64,000 nucleotides of DNA from Kofleriaceae bacterium (lineage in GTDB: Bacteria; Myxococcota_A; Polyangia; Haliangiales; Haliangiaceae), in contig CBDCCZ010000018.1 of NCBI GenBank assembly GCA_965215005.1, positions 256,001-320,000 on the forward strand, read 5' to 3'. Positions 9,477 through 19,383 of this stretch are shown here, piece after piece. The notes under the pieces were generated by a model. It was given only the letters and a program-made list of their open reading frames with translations. It did not search any database and was not told where the DNA came from. The translations under genes and the position numbers were made by a program. How positions within the stretch are numbered: position 1 is the first letter of the stretch; each line of letters opens with the position of its first letter.

Positions 9477-10568
9477 CTAGCGAACCGCGAGCGTCATCCG
9501 GCCACCGATGCTGAAAGCGACGTCGCGACGCGGCGCCGCTGCAAGCCAGTCCAAAGCCGCCGCGTCGAACGCCTCGATGGGTGCCGTCCGGATGCGCAGC
9601 TCGCTGCGTCCGGCTTTGATCAGCGACACGATCGCATCGAACACTTCGGCCATGGCGTCGCGGGCATCGTCGCCCGGTTCACCAGCGGCGAGTTGCGCAG
9701 CAATGTCTTCATTGGAGAGAGTCATGAGCAAGCTGCCGATCCGAATCGCCGCTTCGTTATCGCAGATGAAGGCGCCAACCTGCTCGCCAAAACCATCGAC
9801 CACCATACACACCATGCTCATGCCGCTGTCGTCAGCGTCTGCCGCCACTACCTCCAGAGCCGCGCCCTCGACCAGCTCCTCCAGGCACGCCGCGAGCTCC
9901 TGCTGCGAGGGAAGGCGCCAGCCGCTGCGCTCGGCGGCCTCCGAGCCGCGACGTTGCGGTTCATCATCGCTCGGTGCCGAAGCCGACGCGCCCTCAACCG
10001 TCGCCGGCGGCTCGTCGGCTGCATTGGCCGGCGATTCGAGCGGCGCTCCGCCGCGTGCTGCCCCTTCCGCATTGCGCGGCGCTCCTTCCAGCACCGCAAG
10101 CCGCGCCACGAGCTGCTCATACGCATTGGTCATCGTCTCGAGCTTGCTCAGTAGCTCCGGCCCCGCCAGTCGCTCGAGCCGCGCCAGTCGACTGGTGAGC
10201 TGCTCATTCTGCCGCCGCAGCTCGGCGAGCTCGCCGCTATCGCTAGGCGCAGGCGCATTCGCCGCCGCAGGCGCTGGCAGTGACTCCTCGTCGCGCACCG
10301 CGCGCAAGCAATCACTGGCGGTCCATGAGCCATCGAAGGGCTCGTAGCTGTCTTCGCAAGCACTGCCTTCGAGAATCATCCGCGCGCCCTGCAGCAGCGC
10401 AGGGTCGCGCGACCAGCGGTCGAGATGCTCGAGAATCCGCTGCGGCCCCTCGACCTCCACGGTTCGCGGTAACAGCAGCGCCCCGGTCGCGATCAACCGC
10501 TCGACCTCGAGCACCCAGGTCTGGCCGCGCCGGTGCAGGCGCTTTGGCGTCGTAGGTAATGAGCGCAT
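9477..10568 (-). CDS. Hypothetical protein: unknown N-domain, coiled coil, C-terminal CheX/CheC-like domain
   Basis: Coiled coil LAELRRQNEQLTSRLARLE. The C-terminal GAFICDNEAAIRIGSLLM...DDARDAMAEVFDAIVS...P resembles the CheX fold. Confidence 0.55.
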   Translation of the reverse strand: MRSLPTTPKRLHRRGQTWVLEVERLIATGALLLPRTVEVEGPQRILEHLDRWSRDPALLQGARMILEGSACEDSYEPFDGSWTASDCLRAVRDEESLPAPAAANAPAPSDSGELAELRRQNEQLTSRLARLERLAGPELLSKLETMTNAYEQLVARLAVLEGAPRNAEGAARGGAPLESPANAADEPPATVEGASASAPSDDEPQRRGSEAAERSGWRLPSQQELAACLEELVEGAALEVVAADADDSGMSMVCMVVDGFGEQVGAFICDNEAAIRIGSLLMTLSNEDIAAQLAAGEPGDDARDAMAEVFDAIVSLIKAGRSELRIRTAPIEAFDAAALDWLAAAPRRDVAFSIGGRMTLAVR

Positions 10569-10702
10569 GATTCCCCGAGCAAGCGCGCCAGCTCAGCTTG
10601 CTGCGCGCCTTCTCGACCTGATTCGACCGCCTCGCCCATGGCTTGAGGCAGGTGCACGTTACTCACTCAACCGGCATCGCTGAGGCGGCACACACCGCGG
10701 CG

Positions 10703-11425
10703 CTAGAACCGCTTGGCGTCTTCGGCCGCGTAGGCAGCGACCGCTCGATCCGCGGCGGCCGCACGCGCCAGCGCCGCGAGCACCTCGCCTACACGCGCGC
10801 CAGGAATCGCGCAGGTCATCTCAGTGGACTTCATCCCGGTGCGCACCCGGCTGAGCATGCAGCCGACGCTAATCGCCACCTGCCCGTGCTGCTTGGCCAT
10901 GGCGACGATGTGGCACTGCGGTTTGCCTTCGAACCGCACCTCGGGCAACGCATCGGAAAGCACCATCGCCTGCTTACCATTAATACGCAGGAGCACCACA
11001 TCTGGCGCCGTGGTGGCAGCGGCCAAAGGGCCATACACCACGGCCTCCGGGCGCTCCTCCACCACCGGAATCTGCGGAACCATCGCCATCGTCACCCAGC
11101 CGCTCGCGAGCAGCGCAGCGACATCGGCGTTGCCAGCAACCTCGGCCATTGTCTTGAAGCCATGGGTCATGCTGCCGACGCTGCAGTTGCCATGATCGGC
11201 CGCGACCGTCGAGAACGTGCGCTCGGTGGCTTTCATCCAAAACACGCAGCCGGCCGGTACCGCGCCGGTGCGGCCATCGGCGGTCGGTTCGGGATGCGTG
11301 CCGCCGTAAGGCGTCACTGCCGTGGGCGCACTGGCAGCAAAGGTGATGGCAATGGGGGGCGTAGCGAGCCCGAGAGCGTCGGTCAGGGCCGATGCGTTGG
11401 TGTGGTGGTTCTGCGGTTGGTTCAT
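10703..11425 (-). CDS. DUF169-like protein
   Basis: ALGLATPPIAI, GCVFW, NCSVG, VVYGPL...PDVV, PQC and SVGC..SR pattern. Confidence 0.7.
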   Translation of the reverse strand: MNQPQNHHTNASALTDALGLATPPIAITFAASAPTAVTPYGGTHPEPTADGRTGAVPAGCVFWMKATERTFSTVAADHGNCSVGSMTHGFKTMAEVAGNADVAALLASGWVTMAMVPQIPVVEERPEAVVYGPLAAATTAPDVVLLRINGKQAMVLSDALPEVRFEGKPQCHIVAMAKQHGQVAISVGCMLSRVRTGMKSTEMTCAIPGARVGEVLAALARAAAADRAVAAYAAEDAKRF

Positions 11426-11440
11426 GGTCTCGAGCGCACG

Positions 11441-12619
11441 CTACGCCGAGGCAGGCGCGTCGCGCAAATGCCCTCGCCCCGCTTCGCCTACGAATGCATA
11501 AATCTTGCTTCCACCGTGATCGGTGAGGAAGCGGCTCGCGAGCGCGAGCCCCGTGGCGCTGGCGAGCGCGCGGTGCGGCGTCACCAGCGCCAACGTCGAT
11601 CCCTCTGCCAGCTCCGCGCAACGCTGCCCGAGACGGTGATACAGCGGCTCGAGCGGCTTTCGGCGATCTCCGACGCGGTTGCCATAGGGAGGGTTGGTGA
11701 CGACCGAGGCGCGCTCGGCGCCAAAGTTCGACGCGCCACCCACGGTAGCCGTCTCCAGCGCGAGAACGATACCGGCGCGTTCTGCGTTGCGTGCCGCCGC
11801 TTCGATAGCGCCACGGTCACGGTCGCTGCCGCGTAAATCCAGGCGCGGCGACTGCATCTGCCGCAGCGCTTCGGCACGCACTCGGCGCCAGATTTCTGGC
11901 TCGAAGCACGGTGCGGTTTCAAAGGCGAAACGTCGCGCATGCCCGGGTGGAACGCGGCGCGCCAGCAGCGCGGCTTCTATCAATATGGTTCCCGCACCGC
12001 AAAACGGATCGATCAGTGGCTCACTGCCGTTCCAACCGCTGGCAACCACCAGCGCCCGCGCCAGATCTTCGCGAAGAGGTGCCTTGGCGGTGATTTGGCG
12101 ATAGCCACGCCGATTGAGCAAAACCCCCGACACATCGATCGATAAAGTGCAGACATCACGCTCCAGGCGAGCGGCCACCGCCGGCGTGCTCGCCTCGAGC
12201 GGGTCATTGCATTCGGCGCTTTCTCCCAGCGCGCCACCGAGTCGCGTCGCGATTGCCTCGCGCACCCGCTCGGTGATCGCTCCGGTGTGATAGAGGCGTG
12301 ATTTTCGTGCGCTCGCGCGCACCGGCGCCGGCGCCCCCGGCCACAGCCAATGCTCCCACGGCACGCGCGTCGCGCGTTTCACCAGCGTCTCGAACGAAGA
12401 GACGCGAAACTGCCCAACGCGCACCAACACTTTGAGCGCCAGCCCGAGCTCGAGATTTGCTCGGTATAGAAGCGCGAGCGGACCACGCAGGGTGACTCCA
12501 CCTGGCTCCGCTCGCAGCTCGTCAGGCTCGAGCGCTGCGGCCTCCGCCGCGAGCATCGACTCGAGCCCTGGCGCACAAGCAACGAATAGCTCGAAGAGCC
12601 GGCTCGATGAATCCATCAT
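11441..12619 (-). CDS. THUMP-domain SAM-dependent RNA methyltransferase (RlmL/YpsC-like)
   Basis: APGLE..LAAE, LNRRGYR...APLRE.LA, DPFCGAGTILIEAA and TNPPYG motifs. Confidence 0.88.
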   Translation of the reverse strand: MMDSSSRLFELFVACAPGLESMLAAEAAALEPDELRAEPGGVTLRGPLALLYRANLELGLALKVLVRVGQFRVSSFETLVKRATRVPWEHWLWPGAPAPVRASARKSRLYHTGAITERVREAIATRLGGALGESAECNDPLEASTPAVAARLERDVCTLSIDVSGVLLNRRGYRQITAKAPLREDLARALVVASGWNGSEPLIDPFCGAGTILIEAALLARRVPPGHARRFAFETAPCFEPEIWRRVRAEALRQMQSPRLDLRGSDRDRGAIEAAARNAERAGIVLALETATVGGASNFGAERASVVTNPPYGNRVGDRRKPLEPLYHRLGQRCAELAEGSTLALVTPHRALASATGLALASRFLTDHGGSKIYAFVGEAGRGHLRDAPASA

Positions 12620-12750
12620 GCCCGTACCTACACTGAGTGTTCGCGTCATGCACCGAAGTGATCTCCTTTTTGACGTCGCGGCCGATCAGCGCGCCATTCC
12701 ATCCCGCCGAATTCTGGACTTCACGAGGACGGCTCCGATAATGCGAGGAT

Positions 12751-15129
12751 ATGTCTTCAGTGCCAGCTTGGTCGGAGCGCGGAGTCGATGCGACACCAGC
12801 GCTCGCACGGCCCACGCCAAGCATCAAGCTGCTGGCCGAGCGTATCCTCGTCGACTGCGGCAGCGGTTTGGCGACTTCCTATGAAGAGGTCGAAGCGCCG
12901 GTCATCCAGCTGCGCTTTCTCTATCCGGGTGGGCTATGGGTTGCCGCTGCCGATCCTTCGGAGCGGATCTTTGGCCACGATGGCGACCGAGTGTTCGTTC
13001 ACGACCGCGATGTCGCGGCCGAAGCGCAAGCGAGGTATCTCCTCGAAAGCTTCGGTGCCGTCGAAGCAGGTTGCATCGATACCGTGGGCACGCTGCCCGA
13101 CAGCCGCGCCGACTACATCCTTCACACCAACGCGGACCTCCACGCCATCGTCTCCTTCAGCGCCTACGCGCTGCCGCAGCTCGAAGCGCTCGGATGGCAC
13201 GTGGAGATCGATACGGAGTTTCCGTGGAGCATCACCACGCACACCAGCCCGTGGTATGCGCGGGTCGCGCCGGATGGCGAAGAGGACGATTGGTTTAGCC
13301 TCGAGCTGGGAATCGAGGTCGACGGCCGGCGCATCAGCTTACTGCCGGCGCTCGTCGAGCTGCTCGATGGCAGCCCCGATCAATCGAGCCTCGCTTCCCT
13401 CACTCGCATCGCCAAGAAGTTCGTCGCGTTGCCGTTGGAAGATGGCCGCTACGTCCCGGTCCCCACCGAGCGGCTGCGATCGGTGGTCAAGGTGTTGCTC
13501 GAGCTCTATCAAGAGGGCGGCTGGACGGGTGACGGCGTTCGCTTTGCGGGCGCGGGCGCCGCAGCGCTCACAGGACTCGATGCGGCCTTCACCGATGAGG
13601 CCGATACGCTGCCGCTGCGTTGGGAAGGCGACACTGAAATCCGCGATCGAGGTCTAGCGCTGGCCGCCGGACCTGTCATCGCGCCCGTGACGCCACCGGC
13701 GCTGCTACGAGCCACGCTGCGCCCTTATCAGGAAGAGGGGCTGAGCTGGCTCCAACATCTGCGGGCGCACGATGCCGGCGGCGTTCTCGCCGACGACATG
13801 GGTCTTGGCAAGACGTTGCAGACCATCGCCCACCTCGCCGCGGAGAAAGCAGCGGGCCGCATGGATCGCCCCTCGCTGGTGATCGCGCCAACCAGCTTGG
13901 TCGGCAACTGGAAGCGCGAAATCAAAAAGTTCGCCCCGCATTTATCGGTGCTCGTTCAGTATGGACCCAAGCGCCATCGCCATTGGGGCGAGCTCGTCGA
14001 CCACGATATCGTCATCACCACGTACCCGCTGCTCGTGCGCGATCAAGAACTCTTCGCCGAGCGCGCGTTCCACTACCTCATTCTCGACGAAGCGCAGACG
14101 ATCAAAAACACGAGGAGCCTGGCACACCGCGCGGTGAAGCGAGTGCCATCGCGACACCGCTTGTGTCTCACTGGAACGCCGGTGGAGAACAACCTCGAGG
14201 AGCTCTGGGCGCTGTTCGACTTTCTCACGCCTGGCTTGCTCGGTGACGCCGAGCGCTTTCGCTCCTCGTTTCGGATCCCGATCGAACGCGACGGCAAGAC
14301 CAAGCGCCTCGAGGCGCTGCGGCAGCGGGTGGCGCCCTACATCCTGCGACGAATGAAAGACACCGTCGCCAAAGATCTGCCTCCCAAGACCGAGATTGTT
14401 CGACCCGTCGAGCTCGATGGGGCGCAGCGCGAGCTCTATGAGAGCATTCGCGTGGCTGCTCACGCCAACGTCCGGCGAACGATCCGTAAAAAAGGCATGG
14501 CCGCCTCGACCATCACCATCCTCGATGCACTGATGAAGCTGCGGCAAGTGTGCTGTGATCCGCGGCTGGTTCGCGTGCAAAGTGCCCACGAGGTCAAAGA
14601 ATCTGCCAAGTACGCGATGCTCTTCGAGCTTCTGGCAACGCAGCTCGAGCAGGGCCGCCGCGCGCTCATCTTCTCGCAGTTCACCACCATGCTCGAGCTC
14701 ATCAGCGCGGGGCTGCAGGAGCGCAGCATCCGCCACGTGTCGCTCACGGGCTCGACCCCCGATCGCCAAAAGATGTGTGACATCTTCGAATCGGGCGCGG
14801 TCGACGTGTTCTTGATCAGTCTCAAGGCGGGCGGCACGGGCCTCAATCTAACCAGCGCCGACACCGTGATTCACTACGACCCGTGGTGGAATCCCGCGGC
14901 GCAAGCGCAAGCGACGGATCGTGCGTATCGCATCGGCCAAACCAAGCCGGTCTTCGTCTACAACCTCATCGTTGCCGGCTCGGTCGAGGAACGGATGCTC
15001 CGTCTGCAGCGCAAGAAGCGCCACTTGGCCGACAGCATCTTGGGGCAAGCGAGCGAGGGCGCAACCGGAAGCTTTACCGAGGGCGAGCTCGAAGAGCTGC
15101 TGGCGCCGCTAACGGCTGATTGTGAGTGA
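12751..15129 (+). CDS. SNF2-family (Swi2/Snf2) helicase/ATPase
   Basis: LRPYQ, LADDMGLGKT, DEAQ, TGTPVEN, LRQVCC, FSQF, SLKAGGTGLNL and DPWWNP..QATDRAYRIGQ motifs. Confidence 0.95.
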   Translation: MSSVPAWSERGVDATPALARPTPSIKLLAERILVDCGSGLATSYEEVEAPVIQLRFLYPGGLWVAAADPSERIFGHDGDRVFVHDRDVAAEAQARYLLESFGAVEAGCIDTVGTLPDSRADYILHTNADLHAIVSFSAYALPQLEALGWHVEIDTEFPWSITTHTSPWYARVAPDGEEDDWFSLELGIEVDGRRISLLPALVELLDGSPDQSSLASLTRIAKKFVALPLEDGRYVPVPTERLRSVVKVLLELYQEGGWTGDGVRFAGAGAAALTGLDAAFTDEADTLPLRWEGDTEIRDRGLALAAGPVIAPVTPPALLRATLRPYQEEGLSWLQHLRAHDAGGVLADDMGLGKTLQTIAHLAAEKAAGRMDRPSLVIAPTSLVGNWKREIKKFAPHLSVLVQYGPKRHRHWGELVDHDIVITTYPLLVRDQELFAERAFHYLILDEAQTIKNTRSLAHRAVKRVPSRHRLCLTGTPVENNLEELWALFDFLTPGLLGDAERFRSSFRIPIERDGKTKRLEALRQRVAPYILRRMKDTVAKDLPPKTEIVRPVELDGAQRELYESIRVAAHANVRRTIRKKGMAASTITILDALMKLRQVCCDPRLVRVQSAHEVKESAKYAMLFELLATQLEQGRRALIFSQFTTMLELISAGLQERSIRHVSLTGSTPDRQKMCDIFESGAVDVFLISLKAGGTGLNLTSADTVIHYDPWWNPAAQAQATDRAYRIGQTKPVFVYNLIVAGSVEERMLRLQRKKRHLADSILGQASEGATGSFTEGELEELLAPLTADCE

Positions 15130-16026
15130 CGGCGCGACCGGCGCCAGGTCCGCCGGCATTAGCGCCGCGTGCAGCGCAGTAGCGATGAGCTCGGCCCGCC
15201 CCGGCGAGTGCAGAGTAGCGCGATGAACGACGGCCCAATGCACCGGCGGCAGCGCCAACCCCACCTCGACGGCAACGAAGCCGGCGGCGTCGCCAACGCA
15301 GCGCGGCAGCACCGCCGCTAAGCACCCGAACCGAACCAGCTCCAGTACTGCCGCGCCACTGGCAACACAGATCGTCACCCGCCGCGGAACATCGCTCGGA
15401 AAGCCATCGCAGGGGCGATTGTCGCCGGTCACCGCCACTGCGAAGTCCAGCGCCTCGAGCGCGGCTGCACCACGAGCTGCCGCTGGGTGAGACGGCGCCA
15501 CGAACACCGCGCGCTGATGCGGCGCAAGTGGGGTGAACGTGAGCCCCTCATCGCTGCCGATCACACCTTCTTCGAGCAGCGCCACGTCGACCTCGCCGCG
15601 ATGCAGTGACGCAACCGCCTCTTGCGGCTCGAGCGAGCGAAGCGTCAACGCGAGATCCGGATGCTCTTGCCAAAGCGGAGCCAACGCCGCCAGCAGCCGA
15701 GGCGCCAGCTCACCCGGCGCGACCAGGTTGACGGGCCCGGTCCACGTCATGTTCTTGGCGCGGGCGACGCCATCATCGAGTAGTCGCATCGCCTCGCGAA
15801 CGGAGGCCAGTAGGTCATGACCTCGTTGGTTGAGCTGTAGGCCGCCCGGGTGGCGATCGAACAGCGGATGGCCGATGCGGTCCTCGAGAAGCTTCACTGA
15901 CCGTGACAAGGCGGAGGCAGCAACGTGCAGACGCTTGGAGGCTTCCGCCAAATTTTGCGTCTCCGCAACCGCCCGAAATGGCACCAACCAGCTCCACAGC
16001 CCGTAGAGATTGCGCGCATATTCCAT
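15109..16026 (-). CDS. LysR-family transcriptional regulator
   Basis: HTH FRAVAETQNLAEASKRLHVAASALSRSVKLLEDRIGHPLFDR, followed by a substrate-binding domain (LHRGEVDVAL). Start set at ATG 16026. Confidence 0.9.
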   Translation of the reverse strand: MEYARNLYGLWSWLVPFRAVAETQNLAEASKRLHVAASALSRSVKLLEDRIGHPLFDRHPGGLQLNQRGHDLLASVREAMRLLDDGVARAKNMTWTGPVNLVAPGELAPRLLAALAPLWQEHPDLALTLRSLEPQEAVASLHRGEVDVALLEEGVIGSDEGLTFTPLAPHQRAVFVAPSHPAAARGAAALEALDFAVAVTGDNRPCDGFPSDVPRRVTICVASGAAVLELVRFGCLAAVLPRCVGDAAGFVAVEVGLALPPVHWAVVHRATLHSPGRAELIATALHAALMPADLAPVAPSLTISR

Positions 16027-16334
16027 AGCGTCTCCGCGACTAGCGGCGACCGTATCACGCGCGGGAAGTGAGCTGCAGCGTTCTGGTCTTCGAGCCCGCT
16101 CCCTCCGCACGTAGGTTGCTCCTCCATTTTCAAAGAACCCGAGTTTGGCAGCCGCCGTTACCGTTCGTAGGTTCGTGACTGCGAGGCCAGAAATTCGGCT
16201 CGAGGGATCTGCCGCCTCGCACCGAAGGTTTCGAACGACGGCTTCGAATAGTTGCTGATCCGTTCGGAGTGCGAGGCAACGTAAGGAGGGTGGGGGCGTT
16301 CTCTCTCTGCGCCCATCACGGAGGAACACACACG

Positions 16335-17756
16335 ATGCAGCACTTTCAAGATTCTCTTCTTTGGCTAGCCGTGGGCGCCGTCGCGCTGACCGGCTGCGAG
16401 ACCATCGTCGTCGATGGCGGCAACGAGCGTCCGTCCAGCGGTGAGCTCGCCGACGACGAGCCGGCGCCACCGCCGCCGATGGGGCCCCTCACCTTTGAGG
16501 AGCTCAAAGAGCTGCTCAGCGCGGAGAAGCCGCAGGTCATGGCGATGGCGCTCGAATTGCTCGAGAGCCGCTACGACCTGCGCAATGACCCGAGCCAGGT
16601 AACGATGACCCGCGGCAAGCCGGTCCAGAGCGGCATCCGCGTGCTCCCGCCCGCGGGGTATACGTGGGCCCAGCTAGGCGCTCTCAGCCCCGCCGAGATC
16701 CATCAGCAGGATCTATTTCCGCGCGGCTTCATGCCGCTACCGCACATCAAGCATGCCGAAGGCGGAATGGTCTTTCCGCATTTCCATATCGACGAGGTGC
16801 TGTCACAGACCGGTCGCGACCTCGAGCGGTTCGATCTCGACTTCGACATCCCGGACCATTTGCTGCCCGAGTTCCCACCCGCGATCTTCCTGACCACGCG
16901 TCCGGATCTCGGTGACGTGTCGCAGGGCGAGGTCGTCACCACCCATAACTACTACCGCCTGTTCAAAGACATCCTCAACACCAAGCAGCTCGATGGCTTG
17001 CGCCTTTTGGTGTCGCCGTTCGCGCAGCAGCAGTTCAACCTTATCGATGATCGCCGCTCGTGCGAGCCGAGCCTAGGCGTCTCGTGCCTCGACTGCCACG
17101 TCAACGGTCACACCAACGCCGCCACGCACTTGGTGGGTGACATTCGCCCGCAGGAATTCCGCAACCGCATCGACACCCCAACGCTGCGCGGCGTCAACAT
17201 TCAGCGCAGCTTTGGCTCGCAACGCGCGCTCACCTCAGTGGAAGACTTCACCGAGTTCGAGCAGCGTGCCGCGTACTTTGATGGCGATCTCGTGACTGCG
17301 GCGCTCAAGGGCGTCAACCCGCTCGAGCGCGCCAGCCAAGTTCACCACATGTCTGAGATGCAGAAGCTCTTCGACTTCCCACCCGCGCCCAAGCTCGACG
17401 TGTTCGGCCGGCTCAATGACTTGGCCACCGCCACCGAGCTCCGTGGCGAGAAGCTGTTCTTTGGCAAAGCGCAATGCAGCAGCTGCCATACCGGTTCCTA
17501 CTTCACCGACAACTCCATGCACGATCTCGGCCTCGAACGCTTCTTCGAGCCGCGGATGATCAACGGCATGCTCGCCGACGGCGACGGCCCCATTAAGACG
17601 TTCCCGCTGCGCGGCATCAAAGATTCGCCGCCTTACCTGCACGACGGCCGACTGCTCACCCTCGAAGACACCATCGAGTTCTTCAACTTGGTCCTCGAGC
17701 TGCGCCTCACCAGCCGCGAGAAGGCCGATTTGCTGGCCTACCTGCTCGTTCTCTGA
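16335..17756 (+). CDS. Di-heme cytochrome c peroxidase/MauG-like lipoprotein
   Basis: GAGG RBS; lipobox LTGC; two CxxCH motifs (CLDCH, CSSCH); DTPTLRG, KTFPLRG and PPYLHDGR. Confidence 0.85.
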   Translation: MQHFQDSLLWLAVGAVALTGCETIVVDGGNERPSSGELADDEPAPPPPMGPLTFEELKELLSAEKPQVMAMALELLESRYDLRNDPSQVTMTRGKPVQSGIRVLPPAGYTWAQLGALSPAEIHQQDLFPRGFMPLPHIKHAEGGMVFPHFHIDEVLSQTGRDLERFDLDFDIPDHLLPEFPPAIFLTTRPDLGDVSQGEVVTTHNYYRLFKDILNTKQLDGLRLLVSPFAQQQFNLIDDRRSCEPSLGVSCLDCHVNGHTNAATHLVGDIRPQEFRNRIDTPTLRGVNIQRSFGSQRALTSVEDFTEFEQRAAYFDGDLVTAALKGVNPLERASQVHHMSEMQKLFDFPPAPKLDVFGRLNDLATATELRGEKLFFGKAQCSSCHTGSYFTDNSMHDLGLERFFEPRMINGMLADGDGPIKTFPLRGIKDSPPYLHDGRLLTLEDTIEFFNLVLELRLTSREKADLLAYLLVL

Positions 17757-17770
17757 TCCCACGCGTGAGA

Positions 17771-17797
17771 CTGCCCGCGGCACAAGCCCGCGGGCAG
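17771..17797. terminator. Stem-loop between convergent genes
   Basis: CTGCCCGCGG-N7-CCGCGGGCAG is a perfect 10-bp stem. Confidence 0.6.
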
Positions 17798-17833
17798 CTC
17801 CATCCGCATCCGTTCTCAGAGCAGCCGTCGCGA

Positions 17834-19381
17834 TCAATTCCTCTTTCGAGTGAGCTCAGAGCTCTGGAATATCGCCGTCGGCGCGCCATCATCATCGTAG
17901 CCAACCAATCGCAGCTCGACTGCCGCGGTGTCTCCGCGGTCGATGACATCGACGATGCCCACGTTCAGCCCCCCGTACGGGTTCTTGTCGTGACCGGCCA
18001 CGCCGGGCAGCATCGATACCGCCGCTGTCGGGCCGTTCTCGATCTTGAGCTCGCTCACGCTCGCCGCGACCCTCTCGGTCAAGTAGTCGAGCACAGCGCT
18101 TTCGTGATTGGAAACCGCGCTCGAGATCAGCTGGTACATCGTCGGCCCGCCCTCGAAGTCCACGCGGTACGCGCCGCCACTGTGAACATCGCCGCCAAGC
18201 AAGAGGATGTTTTGGTGCGGGCAGCGCTGTCCGTGCTCGATCAACACCCGCAGCAAACGGTCGCGAGATTGCACGCACTGGGGGTGCCCCCAGCGCTCAT
18301 GCAGATCGCTGCCTTGGGAGAGCAGGCTCGCGGCAGCCGTTAGAACCATGCCATCTAGATAGATCAGCGGGATGCTGGTCATGAGCACCAAGAGCTTGGC
18401 CTCGGCGTTGGCCGCAAGGAAGGTGCGGAAGTGCTCGAGCTGCGTGCGCGAGTACACGTGGGTAGTGCCGTCGGTCGTCCGCCGCTGCGAGCGCACGTCC
18501 ATGACGTAAATCGCCGCCTGTGCCCAGCGAAAGCCGTAATCGAGCTCGGAGGGGCGCTTTCCGGCGGCCGAGAGCCGCGTGACGCGACTGCCTTGATAGT
18601 CAAAGTACGCCTCGAGCGCGCCCTCCCGCAGCCGCTCCCAGCGGGGGCTGTCGTGGTCGGGATGGGTGCCGAAGTTATCAACCACCTCGTGGTCGTCGAG
18701 CATCGGATAGCACGCAAAGGAGCTCTGCACTCTTTGAAATGGCGTTAGTCCCCAAAACTGCCGATGGCGTCGCTGATACAGTGCCCGCACCTCCTCCACG
18801 GTGCAGTCGAGGATCGATTGCCGACCGGGAGGAGCAATCGTTGCGAAATAGTCATCGACGAAGAGCGAGCACTTCGGCGGGTAGTCCGCATACATTTGGT
18901 CGCCCATCAGAAGCAGAAACTGCGCCTGCGCGTCATCCAGCGCTCGATGCGCCGCAGACAGCATGCTCACGCCGAAATCGCGAACGCTCGAGTCGCGATT
19001 GGAGAACGGCTGATGGCACGAAAACGCTCCGAAGCTCCAGCGCGGAGGCATCGGCGCATCGCCTGCCGGTGCGGTGCGGAAGCGCGCTTCGGCGAAACTG
19101 CGTTTGCTGTCGCCATCGAGGAGCGTGACCAGGTAGGCGCGCTCCGGCGCCAGCGGCGGGCTGGCGCCAAAATCATCAGGATACGTCCACGCGCTGGTTC
19201 CGTCGGCCGCGGCATCCTCGACCGCAATCGCGACCTCGGCGTGCTGCATTCCATCGTCGCTCTCGATCGCGAGTCGGTAGCTACCGAGCCGCTCGACCCG
19301 CACCCAGATGCGTGCCGAACGAGACGTTACGCATCCCACCGCGATGGTGGTTCCGAGCTCGAGCTCTCCAAACTGCGTCAT
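17834..19381 (-). CDS. PhoD-like metallophosphatase (no obvious signal peptide)
   Basis: FSCH, MGDQMYAD, DDHEV.DN, MDVRSQR and GGDVH motifs. Confidence 0.85.
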   Translation of the reverse strand: MTQFGELELGTTIAVGCVTSRSARIWVRVERLGSYRLAIESDDGMQHAEVAIAVEDAAADGTSAWTYPDDFGASPPLAPERAYLVTLLDGDSKRSFAEARFRTAPAGDAPMPPRWSFGAFSCHQPFSNRDSSVRDFGVSMLSAAHRALDDAQAQFLLLMGDQMYADYPPKCSLFVDDYFATIAPPGRQSILDCTVEEVRALYQRRHRQFWGLTPFQRVQSSFACYPMLDDHEVVDNFGTHPDHDSPRWERLREGALEAYFDYQGSRVTRLSAAGKRPSELDYGFRWAQAAIYVMDVRSQRRTTDGTTHVYSRTQLEHFRTFLAANAEAKLLVLMTSIPLIYLDGMVLTAAASLLSQGSDLHERWGHPQCVQSRDRLLRVLIEHGQRCPHQNILLLGGDVHSGGAYRVDFEGGPTMYQLISSAVSNHESAVLDYLTERVAASVSELKIENGPTAAVSMLPGVAGHDKNPYGGLNVGIVDVIDRGDTAAVELRLVGYDDDGAPTAIFQSSELTRKRN

Positions 19382-19383
19382 CG

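Noticed and set aside
12628..12645. LexA-like box CTACAC-N5-GTTC between the RNA methyltransferase and SNF2 genes
   Set aside because: The spacing is one base too long and the right arm lacks CAG.
12751..15129. SNF2 helicase as an anti-phage defence system
   Set aside because: No DNA methylase, nuclease or PLD partner is adjacent; it looks like a standalone bacterial SNF2.
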